From assembly GCF_000179635.2 (NCBI RefSeq), contig NC_014833.1:900001-932000 (forward strand): DNA of 32,000 nt, written 5' to 3'. This document shows, piece by piece, positions 8,750 to 17,295 of this stretch. The stretch is from Ruminococcus albus 7 = DSM 20455 (GTDB lineage: Bacteria; Bacillota; Clostridia; Oscillospirales; Ruminococcaceae). Each line of letters starts with the position of its first letter. The first letter of the stretch is position 1. Both the position numbers and the translations under genes were made by a program. The notes beneath the pieces are model-generated. The model did no database searches and was not told the origin of the DNA. It worked only from the letters and a program-made list of their open reading frames with translations.

Positions 8750-8834
8750 ACTTTATACCTCCTGAATAAAATGAATAATAACATTATATCACATGACGCT
8801 GATTCTTTCAAGTGCAGGTACCGTGATGTTGTTC

Positions 8835-8848
8835 ATGACAAATGTCAT
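8835..8848. promoter_or_regulatory. Palindrome in the TCS/ABC divergent region (possible NarL-type regulator site)
   Basis: ATGACA-AA-TGTCAT lies about 50 bp upstream of a TATAAT at 8895-8900 that has no good -35. Confidence 0.35.
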
Positions 8849-8930
8849 ATGAAAATACTGACTGCCGACACTACCGCATTTTTATTACATGGTGTATAAT
8901 GGATACATAAACCAAAGGAGGTACAACAAT

Positions 8931-9881
8931 ATGGCAAACACAGTTGTAAAGATAAATAACCTTGTAAAAAGATACGGCGAGCTTATTGCTCTCGACCATT
9001 TCAGCCTTGATATAAAAGAGGGGGAGATATTCGGCCTTCTCGGCCCTAATGGCTCAGGCAAGACCACTACCATAAACTGTCTGCTTTCGCTTCTTGCATT
9101 TGACAAAGGCGATATTGAAGTTTTCGGCAAGGAGATGACTCCCACTGCCTATGACATAAAAAAGGATATAGGCGTTATCATGCAGAATGTTGCAGTATAT
9201 GAGGAACTGACAGTCAGCGAGAATATCGATTACTTCTGCGGCCTTTATATCAAAGACAAGGAAGAGCGAAGAAAATGCGTTGAGGATGCTGTAAAATTCG
9301 TAGGACTTGAGGATTTCAGAAAGTTCTATCCGAAAAAGCTTTCGGGAGGTCTTCTCAGACGTTTGAATATAGCCTGCGGTATAGCTCACAAACCTAAGCT
9401 TATAATACTTGACGAGCCTACGGTAGCCGTTGACCCGCAGAGCAGAAACAACATCCTCGAAGGCATACAGAAGCTCAATAAGCAGGGTGCAACTATCATA
9501 TACACCTCTCACTACATGGAGGAGGTAGAGCAGATATGCACACGCATAGCTATCATGGACAAGGGACGAAAAATTGCTGAAGGCACTAAGGACGAGCTGA
9601 AGCGCATGATACGCAATACCGAGACTGTCAATATAGAAATAATCGAGATATCCGAGGATATTATCAAAGCGATAGCGGCTCTTCCTCACGTATATCAGGC
9701 AGACCACGACGGCGAAAAGCTGACAGTGTACTGCTCGGGGGGGAAGCATAATCTCATACGCATCCTCGATGTGCTTCAGAAGCACGATATCGCTTTCGGA
9801 AGAGTTTACAGCGAGCTTCCCACGCTTAATGATGTATTCCTTGAAATAACAGGTAAGGCCCTCAGAGACAAGGAGGATTAA
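8931..9881 (+). CDS. ABC transporter ATP-binding protein
   Basis: Start ATG at 8931 with AAGGAGG 9 nt upstream. GPNGSGKTT (Walker A), LSGGLLRRL (signature), LIILDEPT (Walker B). Confidence 0.92.
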   Translation: MANTVVKINNLVKRYGELIALDHFSLDIKEGEIFGLLGPNGSGKTTTINCLLSLLAFDKGDIEVFGKEMTPTAYDIKKDIGVIMQNVAVYEELTVSENIDYFCGLYIKDKEERRKCVEDAVKFVGLEDFRKFYPKKLSGGLLRRLNIACGIAHKPKLIILDEPTVAVDPQSRNNILEGIQKLNKQGATIIYTSHYMEEVEQICTRIAIMDKGRKIAEGTKDELKRMIRNTETVNIEIIEISEDIIKAIAALPHVYQADHDGEKLTVYCSGGKHNLIRILDVLQKHDIAFGRVYSELPTLNDVFLEITGKALRDKED

Positions 9882-9882
9882 T

Positions 9883-11013
9883 ATGTTTTTACATAATCTC
9901 AGATACTATCTGCTATCGGGCTTCAGGGTAAAGAGTTTTCTTTTCTGGCTGATGCTTTTCCCAATGCTGCTGGGAACTCTTTTCAAAGTGGCATTCGGCA
10001 ATGTTTATGAGAATGATGTGCTTTTCAAGTCTATCCCCACAGCAGTAGTTGAAACATCGGAAAATCCAGTCTTCCGTCAGGTCATAGATTCACTTGGAGA
10101 AGATGACGAGCCGCTTCTGGATGTCGAGTATACTGACAAGGACAGTGCGATGAAGCTTCTGAAAGACGGCAAGGTGAGCGGTATAATCTTTGTGGACGAT
10201 AAGCTTTCGCTATCAGTGACCGAGCAGAAAATGGATCAGGTGATACTGAAAACTTTTGTTGAGCAGTACAGTATCAACGAGAAGATAATTAAGGATACCG
10301 CTGAAAAAGATCCTTCAAAGATACAGTCGGTCGTTGATAAGCTTTCAGAGGAAGTCTCAGCCTGCAAGGATATCCCCATGTCACACGGCGACCCTGATAT
10401 CTATGTGCAGTATTTCTACAATCTTATCGCAATGGTAGCTATGTACGGTTCTCTAACAGGACTTAATGTATCACTGAAAAATCAGGCTAATCTCTCAGCA
10501 TTCGGTGCAAGAAAGAACTGTTCATCCACACCTAAATCCGTGTCACTGCTTGCTGACCTTACAGGAAGTATTATAATGCAGTCGGCTTGTATGATACTTT
10601 GCGTTACGTTCACGCATTTCGTGCTGAAGATAGATTTCGGCGACAGACTGCCCCTGGTGTACGTGGCGGCGATACTGGGAGGAATTCTGGGTGTTTCGTT
10701 CGGCTTCTTCTTCGGAGCAGTGAACCGTTTCAGCTTTGAGGCTAAAACGGGTATAGTCATGGCAGTATCGATGTTCTCATGCTTCCTCAGCGGCCTTATG
10801 ATGGGACAGATGAAAGGAATAATCGCAGAACATATGCCATGGTTCAACAAGATAAATCCTGCAACTGTAGTAGCTGATTCGCTGTTCAGCCTGAATATGT
10901 ACAGCGATTACTCACGCTTCATTTCAAGGATAACAACAATGCTTATAATAACCGCTGTTTGCACAGCCGCAGGCATTATCGTTACAAGGAGGAAGAAGTA
11001 TGCAGATCTTTAA
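9883..11013 (+). CDS. ABC-2-type permease with a large extracytoplasmic loop
   Basis: TM1 is followed by a ~150-aa hydrophilic loop and then a C-terminal cluster of TM segments. The gene starts 1 nt after the ATPase stop. Confidence 0.85.
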   Translation: MFLHNLRYYLLSGFRVKSFLFWLMLFPMLLGTLFKVAFGNVYENDVLFKSIPTAVVETSENPVFRQVIDSLGEDDEPLLDVEYTDKDSAMKLLKDGKVSGIIFVDDKLSLSVTEQKMDQVILKTFVEQYSINEKIIKDTAEKDPSKIQSVVDKLSEEVSACKDIPMSHGDPDIYVQYFYNLIAMVAMYGSLTGLNVSLKNQANLSAFGARKNCSSTPKSVSLLADLTGSIIMQSACMILCVTFTHFVLKIDFGDRLPLVYVAAILGGILGVSFGFFFGAVNRFSFEAKTGIVMAVSMFSCFLSGLMMGQMKGIIAEHMPWFNKINPATVVADSLFSLNMYSDYSRFISRITTMLIITAVCTAAGIIVTRRKKYADL

Positions 11014-12208
11014 GGTTTTCATGAAGGTGCTGAAAAAGAGAATAAGATATGCAATGCTCTATGTGGGAATATTCCTCGGTATAGCGGTCCCTATGGCACT
11101 GAATGCATCAAATTCGGGCTCAACAAAGGAAATGTTCATCAAGGAAAGCCGATCAAACATCGCAATATGCATATTTGATGAGGACTCTACTCCAGAAAGC
11201 CGTGAATTTGCGGATTACCTCGCCGGAAAGTACACCATCAAGGAACTGAAAAACGACGAGGAAGTCATAATGGATTCCCTGTTTTATATGACAGTTGACC
11301 GTGTTATCAGCATCAACAAGGGCTTTGCTGACCGACTTGCAAAAGGCGAGACGGAAGGCATCATAGATTCAAGGCATATGCATGAGAGCTCTAATTCTAT
11401 GCTTCTCGAACAGGATATCAACAGCTACTTTTCGTCCGTTTCAGCTTACGTTGCAGGCGGCGAGGATGCTCTGAACGCATCTGAGAAAGCGAAGGAGGCG
11501 CTTGCAGCGGAGGCGGATGTGAAAGTTATAAGCTTCACAGGCGAGGAGAATGAAGACTATCCCCGTAATTTTGCAAGCTATTACCGTTATATGCCGTATG
11601 TTCTCATTGCGGCAGTTATCGGCACTCTCTGCCCCGTGCTCATGGCAATGAACAGGAAGGAGATACGTTTCCGTACAAACTGTTCAAGTCTTGATTCATC
11701 ATCCTACACAAAGCAGGTGCTACTCGGAAGTGCAGTATTCGTTATCGGTGTATGGCTCGTCTTTGTCATAGCAGGAATGATACTCTACGGAGGTGTGTAC
11801 AAGGGAAGAGCGTGGTTTGCAGTGCTCAACAGCTTTATCTATGCAATGGTGTCAGGCTCGATAACAGTATTCCTTTCGGCATTTGTGAGCAACATTGATA
11901 TAGTAAACTTCATAAATCAGGCTATCAGTCTCGGCACGAGCTTCATGTGCGGAGTTTTCGTGGAGCAGGAGCTTCTCGGAGCAGGCGTACTGTCAGTGGC
12001 ACGCTTTATGCCTGCCTTTTGGTATATCAAAGCTAATATGATACTGGACGGCACAGAGGCTTTTGACAGCGCTAAGTTGATGCAGTATATGCTCATAGAA
12101 GCCGCATTTGCAGTTGTCATGGCACTTCTCACGATAGTCGTAAGCAAGGCACGATATAACAGCACAGCACTGCAGAAAAGAACATCACCGGCAGTAACTA
12201 ACGGATAA
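11000..12208 (+). CDS. ABC-2-type permease (second subunit)
   Basis: Same architecture as the preceding gene. AGGAGG lies 7 nt upstream, and the gene overlaps its predecessor by 14 nt. Confidence 0.85.
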   Translation: MQIFKVFMKVLKKRIRYAMLYVGIFLGIAVPMALNASNSGSTKEMFIKESRSNIAICIFDEDSTPESREFADYLAGKYTIKELKNDEEVIMDSLFYMTVDRVISINKGFADRLAKGETEGIIDSRHMHESSNSMLLEQDINSYFSSVSAYVAGGEDALNASEKAKEALAAEADVKVISFTGEENEDYPRNFASYYRYMPYVLIAAVIGTLCPVLMAMNRKEIRFRTNCSSLDSSSYTKQVLLGSAVFVIGVWLVFVIAGMILYGGVYKGRAWFAVLNSFIYAMVSGSITVFLSAFVSNIDIVNFINQAISLGTSFMCGVFVEQELLGAGVLSVARFMPAFWYIKANMILDGTEAFDSAKLMQYMLIEAAFAVVMALLTIVVSKARYNSTALQKRTSPAVTNG

Positions 12209-12249
12209 TTGATTGTAAGAGGCTGTTGCAACTGTAGCACCCTCTGTCA

Positions 12250-13009
12250 AGTAGACAGTGTAAAAAACAAAAGTATTCTATGTATTAACCAATAGCAGTC
12301 TGTACTAATTGTGCAGGCTGCTGTTTGTTTTGTATGACTGAATTATGCTGCATATGCCTCATGGTATTCCATCGGTGTCATGCAGTTTAGTTTTATCTGA
12401 TAACGCTTTGTGTTGTAGTATGTTATGTATTCTTCGATCGCTTTTATCAGTTCTTCTCTGGATGTGAACTTCCGCAGATAGTACATCTCTGATTTCAGCA
12501 TGCCCCACCAGCCTTCCATCGGTCCGTTATCAATGCATCTTCCAACTCTGGACATACTTTGTATCATTCCGGCATCAATGAGTTTCTGATGAAATGCTTT
12601 GCTGGTATATTGAAAACCTCTGTCACTGTGGAATATCGGATGAGCATCCGGATTAAGTGCTACAGCTTCATCAAATGTTGAGAATACAAGGTCATTGTTG
12701 TTGCTGTCACATATTTTGTATGACACTATACGTCTGTCATAAAGATCGATAATAGCACTGAGATAGATCTTTTTGATTATCGGACCAACGTAGTATTTGA
12801 ACTCAGTTACATCTGTAAGCCACTTTTGGTTAGGCTTGTCTAAACGTTTCTTTTGTAACCCCATATTTCTTGGCTATTGATGCATAGCTCCCTTTTCCTG
12901 AAAGATATTCTTGCACTGCTTGAATTCTTTCTTCATCTGTCAGTTTTCTTCGTGACATAAAATAACCCCCTAGAGTTTTTCACGATTTTTGTTTTTTCGT
13001 GTGTCTACT
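12250..13009 (-). mobile_element. IS3-family (IS150-like) insertion sequence remnant with an internal deletion
   Basis: Terminal inverted repeats: AGTAGACAGTGTAAAAAACAAAAGT (12250-12274) versus the reverse complement of 12985-13009 (AGTAGACACACGAAAAAACAAAAAT). At ~760 bp it is much shorter than intact IS3 elements. It encodes an orfA stub and an orfB integrase core. Confidence 0.8.
12343..12958 (-). pseudogene. Disrupted IS3 transposase: orfA N-terminus joined to the orfB DDE core
   Basis: The ATG at 12958 gives MSRRKLTDEERIQAVQEYLSGKGSYASIAKKYGVTKETFRQA-stop (HTH stub). The other frame gives KPNQKWLTDVTEF...HSDRGFQYTS...NGPMEGWWGMLK (rve domain). The junction is near 12835-12845. Confidence 0.85.
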
Positions 13010-13026
13010 CTAAGGGGATTATATCA

Positions 13027-13072
13027 TTCAGGTCTGTGCCAGGCTCTTTTTCTTTGTTTGGGGCTGCAACAG
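13027..13072. repeat. Copy B of the ~46-bp repeat (inverted relative to 1282-1326)
   Basis: ttcaggtctgtgccaggctctttttctttgtttggggctgcaacag. It lies 18 bp from the IS remnant end and contains most of the hairpin GGGGCTGCAACAGCCCC (13060-13076). Confidence 0.85.
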
Positions 13073-13092
13073 CCCCTATATTGGATTTATCG

Positions 13093-14910
13093 TCAACTCA
13101 GTAATTTTTCCCCTTTTATATGAGCTACTATTTTTGAAATATCAGTAATATTTATAATTCCATCGCCGTTAACATCAACACGTAACTTTTCATCATCGCT
13201 CAGTAGCTTCTTGCCTTTAATATGAGCTGCAACCTTAGTAAGGTCGGTAACAGTTATCTCTCCGTCACCGTTAACATCACCTTTTAATAACGTCGTTCCC
13301 TTTACTATAGTAACTGTTACAGCTCTGCTGTTGATCTTGTCGGTTTGCCAATTGCCGTTAACCTTGGCGCAGACTGCTACCTTGTATTGGTGTCCCGGTG
13401 TGAGTTTGGGCGAGGTGTATGAGGTCTTTGTTGCGGGGATATTCTGATCTGCGATCTTCCACTTGCCTTTGATGTATACGGCAACGCCGTACTTTTCCGC
13501 ATCCTCGACCTCCGACCAGTGGATTCTGAACTGGTTATATTTTTCGTTGTATTCGGTGTTGGTAACGATCGGGTACACGGGTGTTTTCTCATACGGTGTG
13601 ACGGTTATCATGTTCGAGTAATTGACGTACCACTCGCTGTCAAACATTGATAACACGGCAACACTGTAATTCACGCCCGGTTTCAGATTTCTAAGCACAA
13701 AGGAAGTATCGGAAGTATTTTCAACAATAGTCCATTCGCCATCGACCTCGACTGCGACAGCGTATTTTTCAGCGTCTTTTACAGCTTTCCACTTGAGTGT
13801 GACACAGCCGTCGCCCGGGGTGTATGTAACAACGGGATTGGCAGGTCCGATATCTTCGCGCAGTTCATAGGCGATCTTGTTATTTTTCGCGTACTGTTCG
13901 CCGCTTGTGCCTTCATAGCAGTATATCTTGAAGTTTTGGTTCACACGAGGACCGTCAGGTGGGTCAGGGGACCACCAGTTCCATTCATCGGGCATATAAT
14001 AGTAGTAACCGATAGCGTATTCGCCAATTTTTATATTACTCTTCGGCAGAGTCGCGCTTGTCATAGCGGTGCAGTCATAAAACGCATTCTTTCCAATGCT
14101 CTCAACGCTTTCCGGGATTGTTATGCTTTTGAGCTTTCTGCAGCCCTCAAAAGCGGATTCACCTATACTTTTAACGCCGTTCGGGATAATTACGCTTTCA
14201 AGCTTTTCAAATTCGTAAAATGCATTTTCATCTATACTCGTGAGAGTGTCAGGCAACGTTACGCTTGTTTTGCCGCACGGGAAAGCCACGAGTTTTGTCA
14301 TGTCCTTATTATACATAACACCGTCTACCGAGGAATAATAACTGTTGTCGGGATCAACATTTATGCTTTCAAGAGCGGAATCAAACCACGACTTGAATAC
14401 ATTCTTACCAATGCTCGAAACATTGCGGGGAATAGTTACGCTTTTAAGCTTAGTGCAGTCTGCAAACGCAAAATCTCCGATGCTTGTGACACTGTCGGGG
14501 AGGTTTATGCTTGTCAGACCGCAGCCGTCAAACGCATTAGCTCCAATGCTTGTGACACCCTCCGGGATGGTTACATCTGTAATGCCGTTACAATAGGTAG
14601 TAAATGCGTTGTTTCCGATGCTTGTAACACCTTCTTCAATAACAATTCTTTTTATGGAGCTTGAATAACCTTTTCCGATATCTGAATCATAAGAATGGGC
14701 ATAATTATTCATTTTTCCCGTACCGCGGATCGTAAGTGTGCCTTCGTTATCGAGGCTCCATGTCAGATTTTCACCGCAGGTGCCGCTTGCTACGCTCTCC
14801 GCGCTTGCCGCAATATCAAACTGCAAATCGACCACGTTCCCAACGACCGCGCCACTGCCCGAAAGCACAATTGCAAGTGCCGCCAGTCCGCTTATAATTC
14901 TTTTTTTCAT
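13093..14910 (-). CDS. Secreted cellulosomal protein: BspA-type leucine-rich repeats, two Fn3 domains, type I dockerin
   Basis: Signal peptide MKKRIISGLAALAIVLSGSGA. About 23-aa LRR units (VTIPEGVTSIGANAF-type). Two Fn3-like modules (KWKAVKDAEKYAVAV and HWSEVEDAEKYGVAV). Duplicated Ca-binding dockerin segments (GDVNGDGEITVTDL and VDVNGDGIINITDI). The track start at 14964 lies upstream of the predicted TSS. Confidence 0.9.
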   Translation of the reverse strand: MKKRIISGLAALAIVLSGSGAVVGNVVDLQFDIAASAESVASGTCGENLTWSLDNEGTLTIRGTGKMNNYAHSYDSDIGKGYSSSIKRIVIEEGVTSIGNNAFTTYCNGITDVTIPEGVTSIGANAFDGCGLTSINLPDSVTSIGDFAFADCTKLKSVTIPRNVSSIGKNVFKSWFDSALESINVDPDNSYYSSVDGVMYNKDMTKLVAFPCGKTSVTLPDTLTSIDENAFYEFEKLESVIIPNGVKSIGESAFEGCRKLKSITIPESVESIGKNAFYDCTAMTSATLPKSNIKIGEYAIGYYYYMPDEWNWWSPDPPDGPRVNQNFKIYCYEGTSGEQYAKNNKIAYELREDIGPANPVVTYTPGDGCVTLKWKAVKDAEKYAVAVEVDGEWTIVENTSDTSFVLRNLKPGVNYSVAVLSMFDSEWYVNYSNMITVTPYEKTPVYPIVTNTEYNEKYNQFRIHWSEVEDAEKYGVAVYIKGKWKIADQNIPATKTSYTSPKLTPGHQYKVAVCAKVNGNWQTDKINSRAVTVTIVKGTTLLKGDVNGDGEITVTDLTKVAAHIKGKKLLSDDEKLRVDVNGDGIINITDISKIVAHIKGEKLLS

Positions 14911-14952
14911 AATCGTATCAGTCCTTTTATTTGTAAATAATGCATTAACAGT

Positions 14953-14981
14953 ATTATACTTCAACCGTAACAGTTTTTCAA
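14953..14981 (-). promoter_or_regulatory. Near-consensus sigma-70 promoter for the dockerin-protein gene
   Basis: On the minus strand: TTGAAA (14981-14976), 17 nt, TATAAT (14958-14953). Confidence 0.65.
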
Positions 14982-15067
14982 GAGCAAATAATTTGAATTT
15001 TTCGGATGAATTTTGTGAATGTGGTACATACTCTTAAATAAACACACTAATTCAAAATTTCAAAGAT

Positions 15068-15092
15068 AAAAAGGGGCTGCAACAGCCCCTTT
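15068..15092. terminator. Orphan hairpin identical to the one at 13060-13076
   Basis: AAAAA-GGGGCTGCAACAGCCCC-TTT, with an A-run on one side and a T-run on the other. No convergent gene ends here; both neighbouring genes are transcribed away from it. Confidence 0.5.
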
Positions 15093-15252
15093 AGTTTGTC
15101 AATAAAACTGGTAGATTTCTGAAATGTGCGGACGTGCGGAATCTGCCCCTGAAAATACTGGTAGAAGTCAATTATATGATCTCACGGGAGTTTCGCAAAA
15201 AACGTAATACCGAAAGAAAAACATATAAAACGAAAAAGTTAATATAATTCGC

Positions 15253-15281
15253 TGGACATTGAGCCCATTATATGTTATAAT
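15253..15281 (+). promoter_or_regulatory. Promoter of the GNAT-membrane-methyltransferase operon
   Basis: TGGACA (15253-15258), 17 nt, then TGtTATAAT extended -10 (15273-15281). Confidence 0.6.
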
Positions 15282-15317
15282 AAAAATGCAAGTTTGTCAT
15301 AACTAACCGTTTCTTGA

Positions 15318-15962
15318 ATGGAGGTCAAAGTATTGAAAAAGGTACGCTCATTATCAAAAGAGAAAATAGATGAAATATCTGCCCAGATCGGTGCATCGTT
15401 CTGGGATTATCCTTATGAACCCGGAGAAGGCGGATTGAAGCCGTTCTTTCCCTCAAAAGCGGCAATGACCGAATACATGAAATCATTTGTCATTGCAGGC
15501 ATCGAAAGCGGAACATTTTACAGCACCGACAATGGCGAGGGATATATCCTCATAACCGATACGAAAGGCAATCATCCGGGATTTGGCAGTATCATCAGAA
15601 TGTCAGTAAGGATGAAAAATGCGCTCGGCGGCTGGGGTAAACTGTTTTCATTTCTTAAACAGGCAAACAGCGGCTGCGATAAAAAGCCGCTTGAAATTCA
15701 GATGAAAAAGCAGAAAAAGCCCTATGTTAAAGTTGAAATGCTGATCGTGACAGAGAAGTATCAGGGGCAAGGCTATATGCGAAAGCTGATGGAGTTTGCC
15801 TATAAAATTGCGGATAAGAACGGTTGTCCCTGCATACTGGATACCGACGCAAAGGGAAAATGCGACCGTTATGCGCATCTGGGCATGAAGCTGGTGCAGA
15901 CACGGACGGCAGCAGGCTGCAAGATCTATGATCTGATGTACAGCAAGGTGGGTGTGAACTGA
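15318..15962 (+). CDS. GNAT-family N-acetyltransferase
   Basis: Acetyl-CoA binding region VEMLIVTEKYQGQGYMRKLMEFAYKIADKNG. The start could alternatively be TTG at 15333, which lies 8 nt after GGAGG. Confidence 0.85.
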   Translation: MEVKVLKKVRSLSKEKIDEISAQIGASFWDYPYEPGEGGLKPFFPSKAAMTEYMKSFVIAGIESGTFYSTDNGEGYILITDTKGNHPGFGSIIRMSVRMKNALGGWGKLFSFLKQANSGCDKKPLEIQMKKQKKPYVKVEMLIVTEKYQGQGYMRKLMEFAYKIADKNGCPCILDTDAKGKCDRYAHLGMKLVQTRTAAGCKIYDLMYSKVGVN

Positions 15963-16047
15963 TATGAATATCCCTGTTATACTTATTGAAATGGCTGTAT
16001 TTCGGTGTGGGTTACGGTCATGTGCTTCAAAACTATAGGAGGTCGCT

Positions 16048-16545
16048 ATGAACCTGTCAAGAACGATTCTGGACGGAATTGTCCTGAGTATACTGTTCAA
16101 TGCGGTAGTCGGACTGTTTTTCTTTGTCGTGCCGCAGGCTTATGCAATGATGTTCCCGAAAGGTATCAAAAAAGCAGCAAAGCCGTATGTTAAAAGAAAA
16201 GAACTCCGTGTAATGCACCTGGTCCTGTATCCGCTTTATCTGCTTATGTTTATGTATATGGCGCTCAGCGCACATCTTGTCGGTGTCAGAGATTTTTGTG
16301 ATCTGTTTTGGACGGGATACATTGAAATGATGTTCGTCAGCATAAGTGATTTCTTTTTGCTAGATGTTCTCGGACGCATCTACGTTAAGGACAAAGGACT
16401 GATAAAGGGCGCTGAAAATCATCCCGGATGGGAATGGAAGGAATGGAAAAAGCTCGCAATACCGGAACACGGAATCTTCTGGACGTTCCTGTTCTGTCCG
16501 CTGACAGGATTGATCGTTGCGGGAATCGGTGCGCTGCTTGGATAA
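16048..16545 (+). CDS. Hypothetical integral membrane protein
   Basis: AGGAGG lies 5 nt upstream. There are four or more hydrophobic segments. No motif recognised. Confidence 0.75.
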   Translation: MNLSRTILDGIVLSILFNAVVGLFFFVVPQAYAMMFPKGIKKAAKPYVKRKELRVMHLVLYPLYLLMFMYMALSAHLVGVRDFCDLFWTGYIEMMFVSISDFFLLDVLGRIYVKDKGLIKGAENHPGWEWKEWKKLAIPEHGIFWTFLFCPLTGLIVAGIGALLG

Positions 16546-16582
16546 AAAATGTGCCGAAAAAATGATTGGATGGAGCAGAACT

Positions 16583-17275
16583 ATGAAAACAAAACAAAAA
16601 GCCGCATTCCTCTGCGGTATACTCGGCTGTCTGTGCTATGGCAGCGGTGACTGGCTGATGATGTACGGTGATACATCGCATTCCGGAGATATTTTCTGGC
16701 TAACGGAAGGCACAGCATTGATCGCACAATGGCGGTATGATCTGGCGATGGCACTGGCTTTTCCTGGAATTATCCTGTATGGGATCGCCTTGTTTTCAGT
16801 GCAGTCTTTCATTAAAAATGAGAAAGAAAGGAAAATCTATCACTATCTTAACGCTTTTGGGATGACACCGTGGATCGCTCTGCATCTATTCTATATTATG
16901 ATTCTGACGCTGTTTTCGTGGATGAATAGAAATGGCTTTGCAGAACTGGCACTCCCGGTCTGTGAGGGATTGTTTTCACAGCTTTCCTGGCTGATCCCGG
17001 TTACAGAGGGTATAATGCTGCCGGTTTTTATCTATTGGTTTTATCTCCAGATCACAGGAAAAACTGTATTTCCAAAATGGATGGCTTTCACCAATGTGCT
17101 GCTGATCTTTGCTGCGTTGAAATGTGTTACGCTGTTCATGTCGGATAGTGCATTCCGGCTTGGATTTACAAATGGTCTGATGAGCGAGAGTATGCTGATA
17201 TGGCTTGGAATTATGATGTATCATACGATATATCGTGAAATATATAACAAAAATGATCATAGTAATAAAATATAA
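16583..17275 (+). CDS. Hypothetical multi-pass membrane protein
   Basis: ATG at 16583 with GGAG 7 nt upstream; the track start at 16517 overlaps the previous gene. About seven hydrophobic segments, and a GSGDWLMMYGD motif near the N-terminus. Confidence 0.75.
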   Translation: MKTKQKAAFLCGILGCLCYGSGDWLMMYGDTSHSGDIFWLTEGTALIAQWRYDLAMALAFPGIILYGIALFSVQSFIKNEKERKIYHYLNAFGMTPWIALHLFYIMILTLFSWMNRNGFAELALPVCEGLFSQLSWLIPVTEGIMLPVFIYWFYLQITGKTVFPKWMAFTNVLLIFAALKCVTLFMSDSAFRLGFTNGLMSESMLIWLGIMMYHTIYREIYNKNDHSNKI

Positions 17276-17295
17276 ATGGTAAAGGAGTGCAATCA

